The notes: generated by a model from the sequence alone, not told the origin. A stretch of 64,000 bases of DNA from Phoronis australis (GCA_002633005.1 NMRA01000152.1:702707-766706), one strand, 5' to 3'. Counted from the stretch's first letter, positions 23,146 through 38,700 are shown. Translations and numbers: made by a program.

Positions 23146-25135
23146 ACGCAAGACTTCATGAGATTACGCGGGATATTGCCCTGTGTGAAATGCAAACACG
23201 TGATTATGGCTGGATTTTTCAAGTCGGCGTGGCAACCACTGTGATCTCATACACAAACACCGCAGATCAGGTGGGATATTTCCGTTAGCCTATTAGCCGA
23301 GCTCTAGGCTTCGTTGCTATGTAACCTCTGCTGCACTCTGTGTTTCCTCTCCACGAACACAATGACGCTCACTACTGTCAACAAACCAATCACAAGCTAT
23401 GTCCTGTACTTTTGTCAGATCAGTCGTCACACTCACGCACAACCAGAAATGCCTAAGCGACTAAGCCCCTCAGTACTACCGCCTGAGCTGGACCAGAGCA
23501 GCTGTCGCTAATGCTAGCCTGCTCTCTACGTAACGCTACGTAACGGACTAAGACTGGAACGACGATAGATGGCGCATGCAACTGTCACCGCTTTGCGGGG
23601 AAAGGTTGCTGTGGCGACTTCATCAGATCGTAATTTGCAACGATACGCACAGGCATCATTACTTCGAAACATGAACAGTATCATAACTTATCATCTTTAG
23701 TCCTGATTAAGTAAAAATCTAAGAATCGGCCGGAGCGTGATGTAGGACTTTATCGTACCGGTATCAAGTACAGCCAAATATCTACAACTGATTTTGAAAC
23801 TCTCAAGTAGATGACTGTAGAATTCTATTTTGGATTTTATACCAATCTGGTAACTCGAGTTTGGTGGTGTTTGCAAAAAATGATAAAATCTGCTATTACA
23901 GACGGAGCGTCACGTATGATTTACTTCGATATGGCTGACTATCTGGTCTCCTATATCCTGATCAGGAGCATTGTCAGCCGAGCGAGACCCCAGGCTTAGA
24001 CACGTCATACACGCTCGGCCTTGACAAAGCCTGTCTTGAAAACTATTTTTGTGCGAATCCCGGATTCAGTTACACATGTCAAACAATGCTATATTTCTTG
24101 TCATCATGATGATATTGTTGGGAATAGCTTGGTATCATATAACAAAACCATGAGCGGAGGATACACGCCGGATTTTGGTCATGATATTGACACGTGCTGT
24201 AATCCAATTCACAGCGTCCCCGACTCAAGATAAATCGACACTACTCGGCAAACATTCTCATGCCTGTGCAAGATATTTGCTTTAGGATCAAGTTCTTCTG
24301 TGATCAAATACCAAGACTTATTTTTGTCACAAGAGTCCATTCACTTACTAGAGATGTAACGTTCTCATAGTTACACTTGAGATATGTCAGGAATGAAATA
24401 ATCGCGACGAGAGATCTCTAACAAGAATATCTTACGACTCCTCACTCTAAATGTAAATAGACAGGAAAATGGCAATAAATACCGTAAGCGACAAGAGTCG
24501 GAGCGAAGGAAAGGTACGGCCCTAAAGATATCTACAGGGATTACCGTAAAATTCCGAACAACAAACGTAAACCACACCCGTGGTTTGCTAATCATCGACA
24601 GTTCCACTATTGGGACCAAAACATATTGTCCGTGCTTAATAAAGGTTTCCAAATGTTCTGGTGTCCTTCGAAATCTTTTATTTAGTTTTGCTAGCTTATC
24701 CAGTAAAATGCATTTTTCTCCCTCTGGCGGAGCGACGGCTAACAAGAACTACTTGCGTGAAACTTGTTAACATATTACTTAAAATTTGTTTTTCCACCGC
24801 TATCGTAAATAACACACTGCAGGTGAATATTCTGCGTGGACGTTGATGTTCATGGACATTTTCTTAGATAAACAAGGGAATCCGGAAACCTTCTGAAAAC
24901 ACAGGTGCCAGAATAACACTGCCAAAAACTAGTGTTGTGACACTAGAAATTCATTTTTATAAACTAAACCAGCTAGTTGTTTAAACACGCGTTTTTATAC
25001 GACTTACTGGCAAGATTTACAATCTGCAAACATCGGTCGTTATAATATTTTATGATGCGTTTCCGTGGTTCCCCGTTTTCGACTACATCGGGATTACTTA
25101 GTGGGTATTAAAAAGATACATCATTTCTCTGATAA

Positions 25136-25638
25136 CAATATTTAGGACAGGTTTTTTAACAGGGTCGTTTTCCAATCACTTGGCATTTAATTGCAAACAA
25201 CTTGAAAATCATTAAAAATGTGTGCCTTAGATAAATTGATCTGAAACCCTCTTCCTATTAAAAGCCTAAACGCATAAACCAGTTTTTGTATTTTTGCACC
25301 TTTGGGATTTGTCATCGTGAAATAGGGATATTTTTTTATCGTGACATTGGATGACTTCTTAGTAACTGAATGACAGCAATATTTAGGATACTTTTTTTAA
25401 CCCGGTCGTTTTCCAATCACTTGGCATTTAATTAAATGTAAGCATCGTAAAAATCGTCGAAAATGTCTGCTTTAGGTCATTTGCTGTTGTAAATTGTTCT
25501 GAAACATTTTCTAATACAAACCGCAAAACCTCAACGCATAGCCAGTTTTTTTGTATTTTTGCACCTTTGGAATTTGTCATCGTGAAATACCATATTTTTA
25601 ATCAAGACTTCGAATGTTTTCCTAGAAAATGAATGACG
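25136..25638. repeat. Diverged ~250-bp tandem duplication
   Basis: GGTCGTTTTCCAATCACTTGGCATTTAATT and TTTTTGTATTTTTGCACCTTTGG.ATTTGTCATCGTGAAATA each occur twice in register. Confidence 0.8.
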
Positions 25639-26084
25639 TGTTACTGAAAAATTCACCCTATCGTGAACTTTTGAACCGTAAAATGTCTTGCACTTTGAAG
25701 TGATCCTACGCACAGTCAACTGTTACAAACATCTGCATCCCTCCAAACTGCCTCATTTTATGTACTACGATGCAAGTATAACAAAGGATGTAAAGTCTGT
25801 TTTGAAACTAACTAAGATGTCGTAACTTCAAACTCTTTTGCTAATACGATGGAGAGGCTTAAACGGAAACATATACTGTGGGCTTTAAAGTTGACCAGCT
25901 GACAGATCAATGAGCTATACCTCCTGCAGGTTAGACAAGGTCCATTGTTAACCCCAGAAGGAAGTAGGTGAACTATTGTTCGGTCTCTCCAAGTGGGCGG
26001 GGTGTGATGACTAGGCAATTTGTGAATAGATGGTTCATTTATCGTGCAGGTCAACCGTCAACAGATTGAAGCCAATTCGGAGTT

Positions 26085-26102
26085 ATCATCATCACCACCA
26101 CC

Positions 26103-26136
<34 letters not shown>

Positions 26137-26143
26137 TCATCAT
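26085..26143. repeat. Compound (CAT)n/(CAC)n microsatellite
   Basis: Visible directly in the sequence. Confidence 0.95.
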
Positions 26144-29100
26144 TACTGTTGTTATTGTTCTTATTCCTATCGTCGATGCAGCTGTTACTGTTGTTAGGTC
26201 GAACTGTTATTGCGTGCATTTATACCCATACATAGTGCAAACAATGGTAATTAATAAAACACATAAAGAATCGAAGACCAGTGTAAATGATAACCGTGAT
26301 TAGTTTATACTCAGGGAAACATTAGTAATACATAGATTTAACTATCAGTTGTAATAAAATAGACTATGTAAGGCTAAAGCATAGTATTTATTGTCTGCAA
26401 TGATTTCAGACGTAAATTTCCTCTTAATCCGGGGTTAGTGGCAAATATTTTGTATGTCGACGGTTTTATGTTTCTCCCCTCGGTCAGAACTTTCCGCCAT
26501 ATTCATGTTTCGCAATCGGTAATAATTATGGTATGCACAATTTACAAAGGCAGCTACTATTAGAAGTTTCATGAAGCTTCCTTGAAAATGCTTCATTACA
26601 CCACTGATGGGTAAACGAGGAAGTGACAGATGATGTCGCAATCTTGAAGACTCATACCAAAGCCTGGTCATTCAGTTAAAATCATGCGCCGCATTTATTT
26701 ACATTTTAGGTACCTTAAACTTCAATTGATTCGATCAGTATTATTGTAGTTGAGTAGTATTGTTGTTGCTTGTGAAAATAACTTGGCATTAAGTTTTTCG
26801 GTTTGGAGACGCATTGGCTGATAAATGAGCTATTTAAAAATGTGCACATCTAAATACAAATTCTCGTAATGGCTACAATATACTATCAAGAGAGAAATAG
26901 GGAACTTTTCTTTGGCGCACTCTATAGTAATGAGAGGAACAATGGTCTAGGGTGCATGCGATGACACCTACTGTTACTTGGGCTATTACTGGGATTACAC
27001 CTAGTTGGGAACTGTATGTCTCATGCAAGCTATTGTGTTTGTGAAATGTTGGGTTAAAGTATTATTAAAGGGGCATCATCGGCGACCATGAAACAAGGCT
27101 AAAATGAGCAAATTTGAACGAGATTACGTCACTTAATCTCAGACAACACTGCAGCCATTGTGTTTTTCTTTTGTCATTGTTTTCACAAACGTCTGTGAGG
27201 CATAGAACTCTCGACTTCTCCCGTTGTTGAGCCAAGCAACCAGCTTCAGATACGGCCGCCTTACTCGCCAGCTCGTTTTGTTTGGCACGTAATTTTAAAG
27301 TGAATTATCAGGTTTTCGAGTTTGCAAAGTGGGTTTGCTCAATAATAAAATCGAGCCTTGTAAAATTAGCCGCCGACTCCTGGCGTAGGTCATTAGACAA
27401 GTGAGCGAGGAATTTCAATCAATGGGACATTGTCGTTTTTACTGCGTTCATGGGTTAAACTTGAGCTATAGAACAAATAAAATCCGCTGTGTTTTTTGTG
27501 GTTCTATTACGAATTAAATACGCATAAAACAACTTATTGCCATAGGATTCCATTTCCATACCAACTCAAGTCAAATTTGCAATTTTACTGATTTTCTTGA
27601 ATGGTTTATGATTTCTACCGATGTTCTCGTTGATAACAGAAATCATGTCTTTGTAAGGGCTATTACTGGACCAATGAATAAAATGTGAAATTCTATTTTC
27701 ATTTTTAGCCAGCGCTGAACAGGGCGAAATGCATTTTCAGTATTTCTTGGGATCGATAGCGCTACGCCAGCAAAGCGTACGTTGGCTGCCGGCAGCCGCG
27801 AAAGTTCCAGGTTCGAATCCGCTCTCGGGCTGATCTAACGATAAACCTCTTTCGTCGCCAACGGTGTCGATTTTAGTCGAAAGTTGGAAACAATTTCAGG
27901 TTCACACTTATAATCAATCAAAAGTACAATGTAAGCTTGGATGTCAAAGGTCAAGCCATTTCTGGAAGACGTGAGTGGAATACAAACCCACCCGCTAGGC
28001 GTCTCCCCAGGGCAGTCCAGCGCTCAATTTCTTACCCAAATGTATACTATTGAGAGATCTTACTTCTCCAATTTGCTTCAGCTTTCAAGCTTCTCAATTT
28101 TTCTCTCGTACACTAGGCCTACAGGAGCTAGATTCATACACCTTGGGCTTTTAACACTATGATTCGCACTGTGCTTGCGCACTGCACGGCAGCCACTTTC
28201 GCGGCTCCCAGCAATGAACGAAACAACTGATGGTCAGAGGTAGGGCCTCGAGTTCAGCTAGATTCGACTAGATCTTGTAAAGATCGGAGATTTGTAATAA
28301 AATCACAAAAACACAACTTATATCGTTTTTTTCGCCCTAGTCAATACTTACATGAACTTTAAGCAACCCTATCAAAAAGCCCCAAATGCATTTTTCGACG
28401 TAAAATTGAGTCCCTTGAGCATTGAGCTGTAAATACCCCTCCCTCCACACAATAAAGATAACGCCAGCGAATTTCTACCCCGCACTTCTAAATAAGGAGT
28501 TCATCGGGTAGGCACCTAATCAGTGCAGTGCTGACAGTGACGTTACGCAACTTACGGGTGTAGCGTGTAATTTGAAGTTTTATTCAACTCGCAATTCGAC
28601 CCAGACGAATATAATTGTTTTCACCACAAACGCTTTCAATTTAAGGAAATGTTATTTTCTAACACTGAATGGAAACTCAAAGCTTACATAAGTGCACCTT
28701 TGAATAGTCGTGAGTAGTACGGACGCGCCATGAGTAAAAGCGGCAAGCATGTCCCGACAATTAAGGCGTACTTCATTCACATTTACTTCGAGATTATTTG
28801 CCATGAAACTGTTGTCATGTGTTAGTAAATGGAAGAGCAATCAATGAATGTAACAGAAATTATTTCACGAGGAGGTATCCGTGAAAACGACTATTAGCCC
28901 CATAACAAAAATCAACTTCTGACTTAGCTTTCACCGTTGTGTTCGTTACCGTGACTCAAGCACGATTACATTAAAAATTTACAGCATAGGCACCTCTTTT
29001 TAAACTATATTACATATTTAGCGTAAGATAATTAAACAAACGACACACTGTGCATCATTTTACATACGGAAAATGGGGGGCTCAAATTTTTGAAATGTGG

Positions 29101-31681
29101 ACCTTTTACCTAAGATTTACGGGGTACCTTCAGAGCCTGAATTGTGCATTCGCCGAATTTTGATGGCTCCTGCCTTTTTAGTAGACTTTGTCTCGTTTTC
29201 TACTTTTTGGTAGTTTTTGTTTCTCTGAGGCGGACCTTCTTGCCCCGGCACTTCTCCAAATGAGGGAGGGGGGGCGGGCACGTTCAGGTCCTCCGAATCC
29301 CCCTCCGCCTGGGTGCGCGCATGTTTTATTGAGAAACAAACTTCTTAGATATCAAGATTTTGTTGAAGACACAAAGACTACTGGGTCGCAATCATACATA
29401 AACGTTGCCTCCTATTAAAAATCGATTCCTTTCATCATGTGTCGTTGTCTAATCTCAAATTGCGCACTATGACTCTACTGCTCACGACTAATGTAAAGGG
29501 CGCAGGACCCGCACCGTAGTTATAGTGTTACACTGTTTTAAGAGCTGTTGTTAATGCGACAATATCGGCGATTTATCACCCGCTTGTGCATTGCTTTCTT
29601 ATCTGGGAATGCAGTTTCATTGACTCACCCGAGTTGTGTCTGCTTCTCTGTTATACACGAATCAGGTGAAATAACCTGAAAGGGTTTTGTGAAATCAACC
29701 TTAACGTGAAATCCACTCCCAAGCTTTGCTGACGGAAGCTAAACCCCACATGATAAATGGCAAAACATTAACTAAGAAGTCGTCAACCTTTATTTCAGCG
29801 AATGGCTGTCAGACTGTGCTACTAATTAACAAAAAGCACAACGGATTTTGTTGTATTAAGCTTATAACCCCAAAAATTGTATCCAATCAACAATTCGTTT
29901 TTCGACTGCGAAATCGATTAAGAAGTCCTACAACACAATTGGAGAGCATAGACAGTGCCCGAGGGTGGGAATTCTTCTCTATTTTTCTCGGAGCTGTAGC
30001 CGGCAGCTAGACCAATTAGAACAGCAACCAAATAAAAGAGTAGACTCGAAACAAAAGCCCATTCGGAGGAGCCGGCCGGCGGCTTCCACGAAAAGGTCAG
30101 ACGCGCTTTTGTAGTGCTTTGTTTCAAAAACATTACCCTTTTTGTAGGATTTGTTTCCATAAATCTCGACAGTTTCATAAGAATTCTTGCACAGGTAAAT
30201 TTCAACCCATCAAGATTGATACAGTGCAACGTTGTTAAAATAGGTAAATATTTTGCAACCAAACTTTGAAATAAAAAATAATATTGAAAACCCTTATAGA
30301 TTTGGGCAGTAAAATACGCTTCAGTGGAGATTTTCGAGCTCCCAAAGTGAACCGCTTACGTAGAAAACTAGCAACCTAGGGATTTTTGATAAGGAACTCT
30401 TTCTTTCAGAAACCTTACGGGCGGCTCGTCTCCTGCCCTAAACCTCCTCTATGAGAGTGCATCCCCCTTTCCTCCAAGACAATAGTCCGATCCAAAAGTC
30501 GCACACGGTGAAGTCGTAGAAAATCCGAGTGTGTAGACAAGGATTAAACAGACATTTGAATAGGATCAAGCAGAGACAGCGCNGTTCCTGTAAAATGTAT
30601 TCTCTCATTTGATCCTCCACGTCAACTGGTCGGCTTTTGCTTGTGTACAAGCACAACGATTTTACGCATTACAAGTAACTGCGCAGTGCGAGGTATCGTT
30701 CCTGGTTCAGAAATGATTTTCACAAGTACAAGGGCAAGGGACGCCCATCCCCTCCACTACGTCTTGTCGGACTAGCCGACGATTGGCTTCGGATGATCCC
30801 AACTACCCAGTTCCCTTCCTGTGTTGAGACTAGGACCCAGTAAAAGTACTGGTTCCTAGGTTGAGATGATCGTACCTATTGTGTTGTGCAAAAACAGGAT
30901 AGATCGCCCCAAAGTTGCCAAGGCTTGTTGTTCTGTACTTAACACTTCATGAACCCGTGGCAAACAATTATAGCGTCAATGAAAAATAAATCACGCACCA
31001 TCAAACTGGGAAAACATCGCCCACAACAACAGGTTTATGCGGTCATTCCTTGAAAAATAATATAATGGAATCGCCATAACAGACGCCGCCTAATGTTTCT
31101 GCCCACGATTTTTTTATTCGGCCGGTATTATAAAAATGCCCTGGCGCTCGTTTGAATAACAATTACCTGTGACGTATTTGTCACCCATGGTTTTGAACTG
31201 AGAGAAGTACGTGAGTCATTCGAGCAACTGGTCAGCGACTCCAGGTCGATACAGCTGTTCTTGTGTGCTGAGGGATAGTCCCGGGGATAGTGTTAGTTAA
31301 GTACCCAGAGACAATATGCAGGCAGAAGAATTAGCATTGTCCTTAAGTGGCATGCAACGTTTAGTTAATAATTTATCTTCATTAAAATTGTCTGACAATA
31401 AGGCTCGTACCTTGTGTGTTTTCACATTGAATAAACTAACATATTTCATGAGCTGCCCATTTCTTGGTGTATTCCGTCACGAAAACAGATTTATTTAGCC
31501 CGCATACGGTTATAAAATTGTTTCTTCGTGAGAGCTGGCCGTTCTACAAGTTGACTTCCCAAGGCGTCATACCGGAATCATTGTACGCATATTATGCTCT
31601 CAATAACAAATTGTCAGTTTTGCATCTGAATCTCAGAAATCACCTCTCGTCTGAGTAAGGTACAAATTGAGACCAAGTTTA

Positions 31682-31845
31682 CAGGGCAGATCCAGAATTT
31701 TGAATTGGGAGGAGGGGCTAGGGCAGAGTATTAGCCAGGATTTTACCCGTCAGACATTCGTACCTCCGAACTGTCGCCAAATGGAATATGGGAGAATTTT
31801 AGGGGGCCATGGCCCCCTTGCCGCCTCCCCCTAAATCCGCCACTG
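31682..31845 (+). mobile_element. hAT-like MITE with 5-bp TSD (GTTTA)
   Basis: Ends CAGGGCAGATCCAG and CTAAATCCGCCACTG, flanked by GTTTA on both sides. Same family as 49419-49576, in the opposite orientation. Confidence 0.75.
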
Positions 31846-32671
31846 GTTTATAGCTGCAAATGGCCGTCTAAATCAAAAGTTCGCTTCTTGGACCGGACGC
31901 CGGTTTGTTTTAGCCACTATAAAAATGTACATGTAGATTCGAAAAATAGACTTGGCTCCAAAGCCTATACAAATTTCATTGCTTCAGTTCTTACTAAACC
32001 TGCACAGCGAGCGTTATTCAACAAAAATACGTGTAGTCTATAAGGAGCTGTAGACCGGTTCTATTGTGAAGTTTGATTGCAACTCCTGCCTTGTATAAAC
32101 ATATTTATATGGGCAACCAGTTTTTAATAAATTGCAAAGCAGATTGACATCACTGGTGTAATGTATCAACTATACACAGTTAGAGATGTAACGTGATATT
32201 TAGCTGACTAAGATTCTATACTGAAAGCCACCTGTGCAACACTTATTTTCGTGAACCATGGTGACCAGGAGAGCTGCTGACACGAGAAGGGCCAAATAGT
32301 ATTCATACCGTCAAAAGCTAGATAATAAAGTTCTACACAACAGAAGATTAATGAAATTGAAATTGATGACGCAGTGATGGTAGTTGCGCAACGTGTCGCA
32401 ATCCGGAAGTTTTCCTCTATAATTATTCTTCGTATAAAACCTGTTTTTATGTCCTGGTACAAGCACGGTTAGTGTTTTTTAATGAACTTGTAGCATGTGA
32501 AGCATTGCGCATGCTCGTGAACTTCGCGAGGTTGTTCGCCTCGCTTACTGTTTGAACAATAAATAGCACCCTGCTACAGAGTTGACTACCAAATTGCAGT
32601 AATACCCTCTTGCGCAGCGACGCGTTTGTGAACTCGAATCGCCGTAGCTCAAACTCGTCAAACCGCTGAAA

Positions 32672-32767
32672 ATGGGTATGGGAAATAAGAAACAAGGATA
32701 TAATTTGGACAGCGATGTCAAACCTCCCGTGAGTGAAGAAAAAGTGAAACCACCTGAAAATGAAGCG
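32672..32767 (+). CDS. SLC6 putative exon 1 ([32 protein letters not shown])
   Basis: ATG-led 96-nt hydrophilic frame ending at GCG|GTAAGA. Its phase 0 matches the exon 2 acceptor, and the upstream region is CpG-rich. Confidence 0.65.
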
Positions 32768-35700
32768 GTAAGATCTAATGATTGTCTATTTGATTAACTG
32801 AGGATTTCGAAAATATTTTGTCGTTTATCCGTCGTTTTACGTTGGAATACCAAACATTCACTCCTTGGGATGTGTTACCTGGGTAAAACAAGTTGCTCGA
32901 TCAGTACGGTACTTTCCAGTCACTGAAGAAGGTGAAAAGTTTTTAAAGCCAATGCCGTGTTACTGTTTATTTATAAAGGGGACTGTTTCTAAATGGAAAA
33001 ATACTGGCATGCGAACAATAAAACGTTTTACAACCTTTCAAATGCTTTAATGTCTTGCTATCGTTTTGTAAACAATAAAGCAACATTTTATATTTGCATT
33101 GAAATAATATGCCGTAAAGTTACGTGGAATACTCCTTCGCTTGTTACTGCTTTCAGCTTGGAACAGGAACTTTTGTTGTTTACAAAATCCAACTTTGTGT
33201 GACGTGTTTTGCTTGTGCAATTGATGGTGGATATTCTTTCAGATTAGTTTTCAAAAGATCTGAGATTGGACATTATTCACTTAGTCCTGCTGTGGGTTTA
33301 TCAAAGTGTTCTTTATTTTTAGTTTAGCACCCTCTTGACCCCAGAGGTGCGTGTATTCAATACACCGAACAACAAATTTAGGGGATTGTTTTATTGTCGT
33401 GGCACGGTTAATTGGTGCATCATTCGCGCTGTTTGCTGATAGAAAGGTTTAAAGTGTGAACTTTACTTGAGGTAAATATAAAACCACTTGGAACTCAACC
33501 GCAAAAAAATAACTGTGTTCGACCTACGGCCATCCAAAGAATGGCGTATTTCTCATATTATGTCAAAATGTTTGAAGTCATTCGTCATTTCCCAGTATCA
33601 AGGTAACAGTGACATCGAGAACGCCTTGTCGCTAGATGGCGATAGGGTAGTTGGTGGACAGCGTTCTGCATTCTTGAATGGCCCTGCAGTGGGAAAAACA
33701 AAAATGTCTACGTCCGCGAATGAAAAAAATGAGTTTCGTCACAGTCTATATTACTCAGCTCGCCTTCCACATCAGAAAATCCTTTGCTGTGTTCAACAGA
33801 GATTAATTTCCGCTCACGGCGAAAAATCATCTCCGGCTTATGGCACGCAAAATTACCCCACAACTCAACGCTCCAACCGCTCGTCGGCTAATATTTTGCT
33901 AGTAGTTTATAGATTAGAGAACTCCTGAAGCTAACCGAGCGTACTCGCAAAATACTCGCTCTTCCGCGTGATCTTGCGACGTCTTGTGATATCTTGCTAG
34001 GTCTACGAAACACTCCACATCTTTATGTTTGTACAATACACATTGTTGTTCAAACGGCAACTCAAGAAGGAAGCTTTAGAGTTTGCCCTTATTTTTTACC
34101 CAGGTCTAGGCTTAGGTGGGTACAACTCCAAGCGCTAGTCGGTTTTAATGACCTTGACACCGCTTTCAAGGTAACTGCGAAAAAATCAAGTTTTGACTAT
34201 CTCAAAAAGGATCTTTATAATTTGTTCATATTTTGAACCTAGATGTGGGCGGAGCATTGCTAGGCAACAGCCGAATGTGAAGACCTTGACCAGCGTTTTC
34301 AAGGTCATCGGGTGAAACTTTGACACTATATTACATCGTGCACTGCATGAAAACTTCACGTCATTTTAAGACATTTCGAAAATAAAATGTTACAAACATG
34401 TGCGCCTGTCTTATCTCATACAAGAAAAATCCATTACTTGTTCGTAGGATTTACGAAATGAACAGAGTGTCAGAGAGTGTCAAACAAGAAAAAGGTTTTG
34501 TGCGAAGGGAATAGAATTTACTTAAGCGCGTTTTTGGCTTATCTACAAAATAAATTTAACTAACGATAAACTGCTCAACTACACGTATTGGTCCACATTC
34601 CATTTCAATAATGTGGACACATTCCTGTTTGCAGGTCCTTTATTTCAGGCAGTTGTACTTTTGGGCTACTTGTACGCTATTTTCCTAACACATCGGGCGT
34701 AAGGACCCAGAATTGACGCAAAACACGGAAACAACGAATATTATGCACAAAACAGCAGACGACACACAATCACACACACACACGCTCTGGTTTCCTGAGA
34801 CGAAATAACTAGTTATAAAACAACTAGTTATAAAATAACTAGTTTTAAAATACTTTTCCTTGAACAATAAAATGAGTAATATCCAACTTGACAGGCGTTA
34901 CGTTTAAGAGACGAAGTCATTTTTAACCTACGAGCTGTCTATTTCCATTGAGTTAGTTCACCATTATTTCCCACAATAAAACTCCTGATTGAGGCTAAAC
35001 ATCGAGCGAAATTTCTACAATTCCTGTCAAAGGCACTATAGTAACGTCCGAGAGGGCACTACATAAAAGCACAACACTAGAATGTTGTGTCGTATCAGTT
35101 TTTTATTTTAATCGCCAGTTTGAATGTTTCAGTCAACTCGAGTAATATATTCGGCTGTCCACTGCAGTATTGACCAGCACGGTCTCGTCGGTCGCGTGAT
35201 ACCTGTTTTGTGTTTTTCAACAACATCCAGTCAATGCACCGTCATTAATGTATTGAATTGACGTGTTCGGCCGTCCAAGCGACGTCACGCATGCGGAAAT
35301 TCTAAATAATAAACACCATTCAAGTAGATATTTAGGTATGAGTCACCGAAGTATGAAAATTACATTCATGATTTGTCCGTTTTCGGGGAAATAATAGTGT
35401 TATGCAGTCCGCGAGGTGATTAACCTAAGCTGCTAGCTGGTTTGGATGACAAATGAACCGGTCGTTATTCTATGGTAGTGTATGCTGTTCTTGAACGTTT
35501 GAACTTCGTGAGCGACTGTCCGTAACTTGGTTACAGAGTTCATCCTATCGCACGTCTAGTTGAGTTTAACAGTGTAAGATGAAAAACTACGTTTCGCACA
35601 TGCCCAGTGTTTCTATTTTTCGTTGTACACCATCATATTTATGACCATTTATCATAGTCTCAGGTTTCCTTCAATTTTTAGAAAATTAAAATATTTTTTA

Positions 35701-38700
35701 AGCAAAAATATCATCCCTTTAATCTGTATAAAGGGTAAATAGGCCTAAATGAATGCTTCTCTATTTCACCTCAAACTGCTTTTGAGTGAAAAACCGTGGC
35801 TGGATTAATTATTCTGGCCAGACCTTATTAATCTGACTGCCATGCCCCACCCCGCAAATCTGATGTTCGGAGTCAATTGCTATCTTCCCGACGGCTATGA
35901 CCGACCTACACCGACTGTTAACACAACGCGGACTGGGAGCTCAATCAAGACCCCAGTTGACACACCAGAAAGTCCTTCGTTCGGGCCAATGCGTAATCGA
36001 AGGTAATTTTCCACTGGTCGATCACACTGTCTAGGCTTATGGTCGCATCCGTGATACCCCGGTAGTACTACAGGTATTTGAACTGAAGAGGCAATAAACT
36101 GATAAACCTGTGTAGAAACTAAATTTTGATTTGTTGGACCACGTGGTCTCAATTTGTTCCTTACTCAGATGAAGTGACTTTTGACCTTGCAAAGAATCGA
36201 CTGGTCGTTGTTCTCAAGTCGAGATCATGTTCGATCGGCGAAGACAATGACTCTCCGTAACACTGACTTCCAAAGTCTGGTCTCAAGCAATAAAGGTCAG
36301 GGCTTTCAAAGCCCAGAAGTCACACCTACTTTGACTAAGGGACAATTTGAGACCGATTTCATGGTCAAAATTAAATATTGATGTTTGCACCATCAGACCG
36401 GATTTAAGCCTAACTAGTGCATTCAGATCTCCGGCCCAGTCACACGATTTTTCAACTCCGACAAGAACTGGATTTAGCCTCGAACACATTCTCTCCTGTA
36501 TTTTCACACGTCTGTGCAACACCGCACCAGCGCACAATGACAAATTGAAATTCATTGCGTATGCCTTGGCCGTGAGCTCCATCAAAGGATCGAGTGAACG
36601 GTTGCCTTGAAAATCAGTTGTTGTATTTAATGATCCCTAGACGAATTTACAGGACTCGATTGAAATGCAATTCCGTGCAAATAACCTTTCACGAATTATA
36701 AACACCCAGTGTTGGTTTTGTATTGTAACCGGCTCAAGGGTTGTGAAAGTAAAAATTGTCTACGTTGAAAAACTATTAATGGCTTTCACCTGGAAAGACG
36801 TCAGCGTACAAAGCAATTACAAAAGGCAGGACATTCTAATCTGCCTCCGTGAACGATATAGCACTGTGAGAAAATTTTAATGAATGCTAGGCTACGGCAA
36901 GAAGTTAAAGCCGAAAGTATTCATACTATGAAAATCATTCACTGCAAAGGAGAGTGCCGTGTTCCCATGTGAAAATTGCCCTGAAATAACCTCAGTATTT
37001 TGCAGGCAAAATTTTAACACGATTTTTTTGCATTTTGACACAAAGTTGCTTGGATTTTAAGTTACACCAAATTTCATAGGATTTCATGAGCAGACGTTCA
37101 TTTCATGATTTTCACTAGCAGGTAGACTGTTTCCTCACCACTCGAATGTGCTTTTATGTGAAATCGCCAAAACTATTGCGACGATGAACAAAGGCCTCTT
37201 TCCTCTGCGCATGTGAGTCCTTCAGTTGAAAAAAACTTTCGAGCTACAAAGTTTTTGCGAAAACACCATAAGGTTGGAGGTAGTTCAACCCGACAGCAAC
37301 CGCCAGCAAAAGCAACCAATCGCTTTACTGGCGTTTCGCCTTCTAGTGAAAGTGTTAACGAAAACGCTAGCCTTTTATACAGTTTGTGAACGGGGTGTTA
37401 GTCCGGAGTACAGATCATCTCCTTGAAAATTCATGAATCTGAGCGGCCCGTCCCCGTATCTCCGGGCTGTGGTTTTGGAGGGCGTTGGAGCTGGAAAATT
37501 TAGAAAAACATCCAGTTTGCAACGGAGCATCCATGAAACAGCCTTGTCCCAGTCAAACACCACAAGTTTTCTGGGAGAAAGTCTTCAAATCTAATTCTCT
37601 CGCAAAGGTCCCACCAGATCACACTGCTAAACCCTTGAGCCAGGTTTCTAGCTCCTCAGCTCGGTTTTAACCATATATCAATAAAGCATAAAAATATTTC
37701 CAGGTGATCAGTGCAATGGGCCCACATGCGAGGCCTGCGCATGTCTGGTACAACGTGTATCAGACCACCTGCAATTATTTTTTTTAAAGGTTCTTGATTA
37801 GCTACGATTACCAACCCTGAAAATGTACAAGGTTAGATGCATGTTGTCAAAAATAAGTACATTGTTCCATGACGGGGCCTCATTAAACTGCCAGTGACCT
37901 ATATCCCCATATACATATGCCGAATGGCATTGTGTAGATTGACTCGCCACGTCTGAGAGCAACGCCAACGTTATGATTGGCTAACAACGTTATGAGCCCA
38001 TTTTTGCCAGGTGACAAAGACTTCGTTTTTGAAGTCGGGGTCCGAAACGGTGGGAAAATAATTTTGGCAAATGAAAACAAATGATTTGGATTCTTCCGTA
38101 CAAAATTCAGACCAGTATTCCGTACGATATTCTGTAACAAAAACTATATGTGTACCAGCAGGCATCTCTGAGACTACGCGGTAACAGTTTTAACATTCAG
38201 TGCCCATGGTTACTATACATGGGTCTTGACCGCAACCCGTGACATCTTCCAAGTGCAAGCAGTTCCAGACTTGCCTGCTAACAGCTAAGCAGTTGAACCA
38301 TCATTTGTGTGCAACTTAGTCATTAACCTACTCGTTTCAGTCAAATTTCCCCGGGCGGTCGTCGCCGCGGGCGATGCGGTGTTGGCTCCCACTGAAACTT
38401 TATCCATCAAAAGCAATACTTAGGGCGACAGAATCTTTTTGTTAGCGAAATATGCCATTCTCGACGAGCATTTTTAATCTCCATTTGGCAACATGCTGTA
38501 TTTCAACTCCATTTCCTTGTTTACTGCTACCTATGGGGATAAAAGAAGACTTTTTGTAGCACTGGCACGACTGCCGCCCCGTCCAAACTAGTTATTAATA
38601 AGAGTTGAGTGAAAAAATCCCACAGGCATGTATCGCTTTCGCTCGTCTAGAGTAATTTTTTGAAGAAGTGAGCGACTAAAATAATGCACCATCGACTCGA

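Noticed and set aside
26044-26235. Pro/Ser-rich ORF, and similarly the ORFs over 52679-52947
   Set aside because: These are translations of microsatellites.
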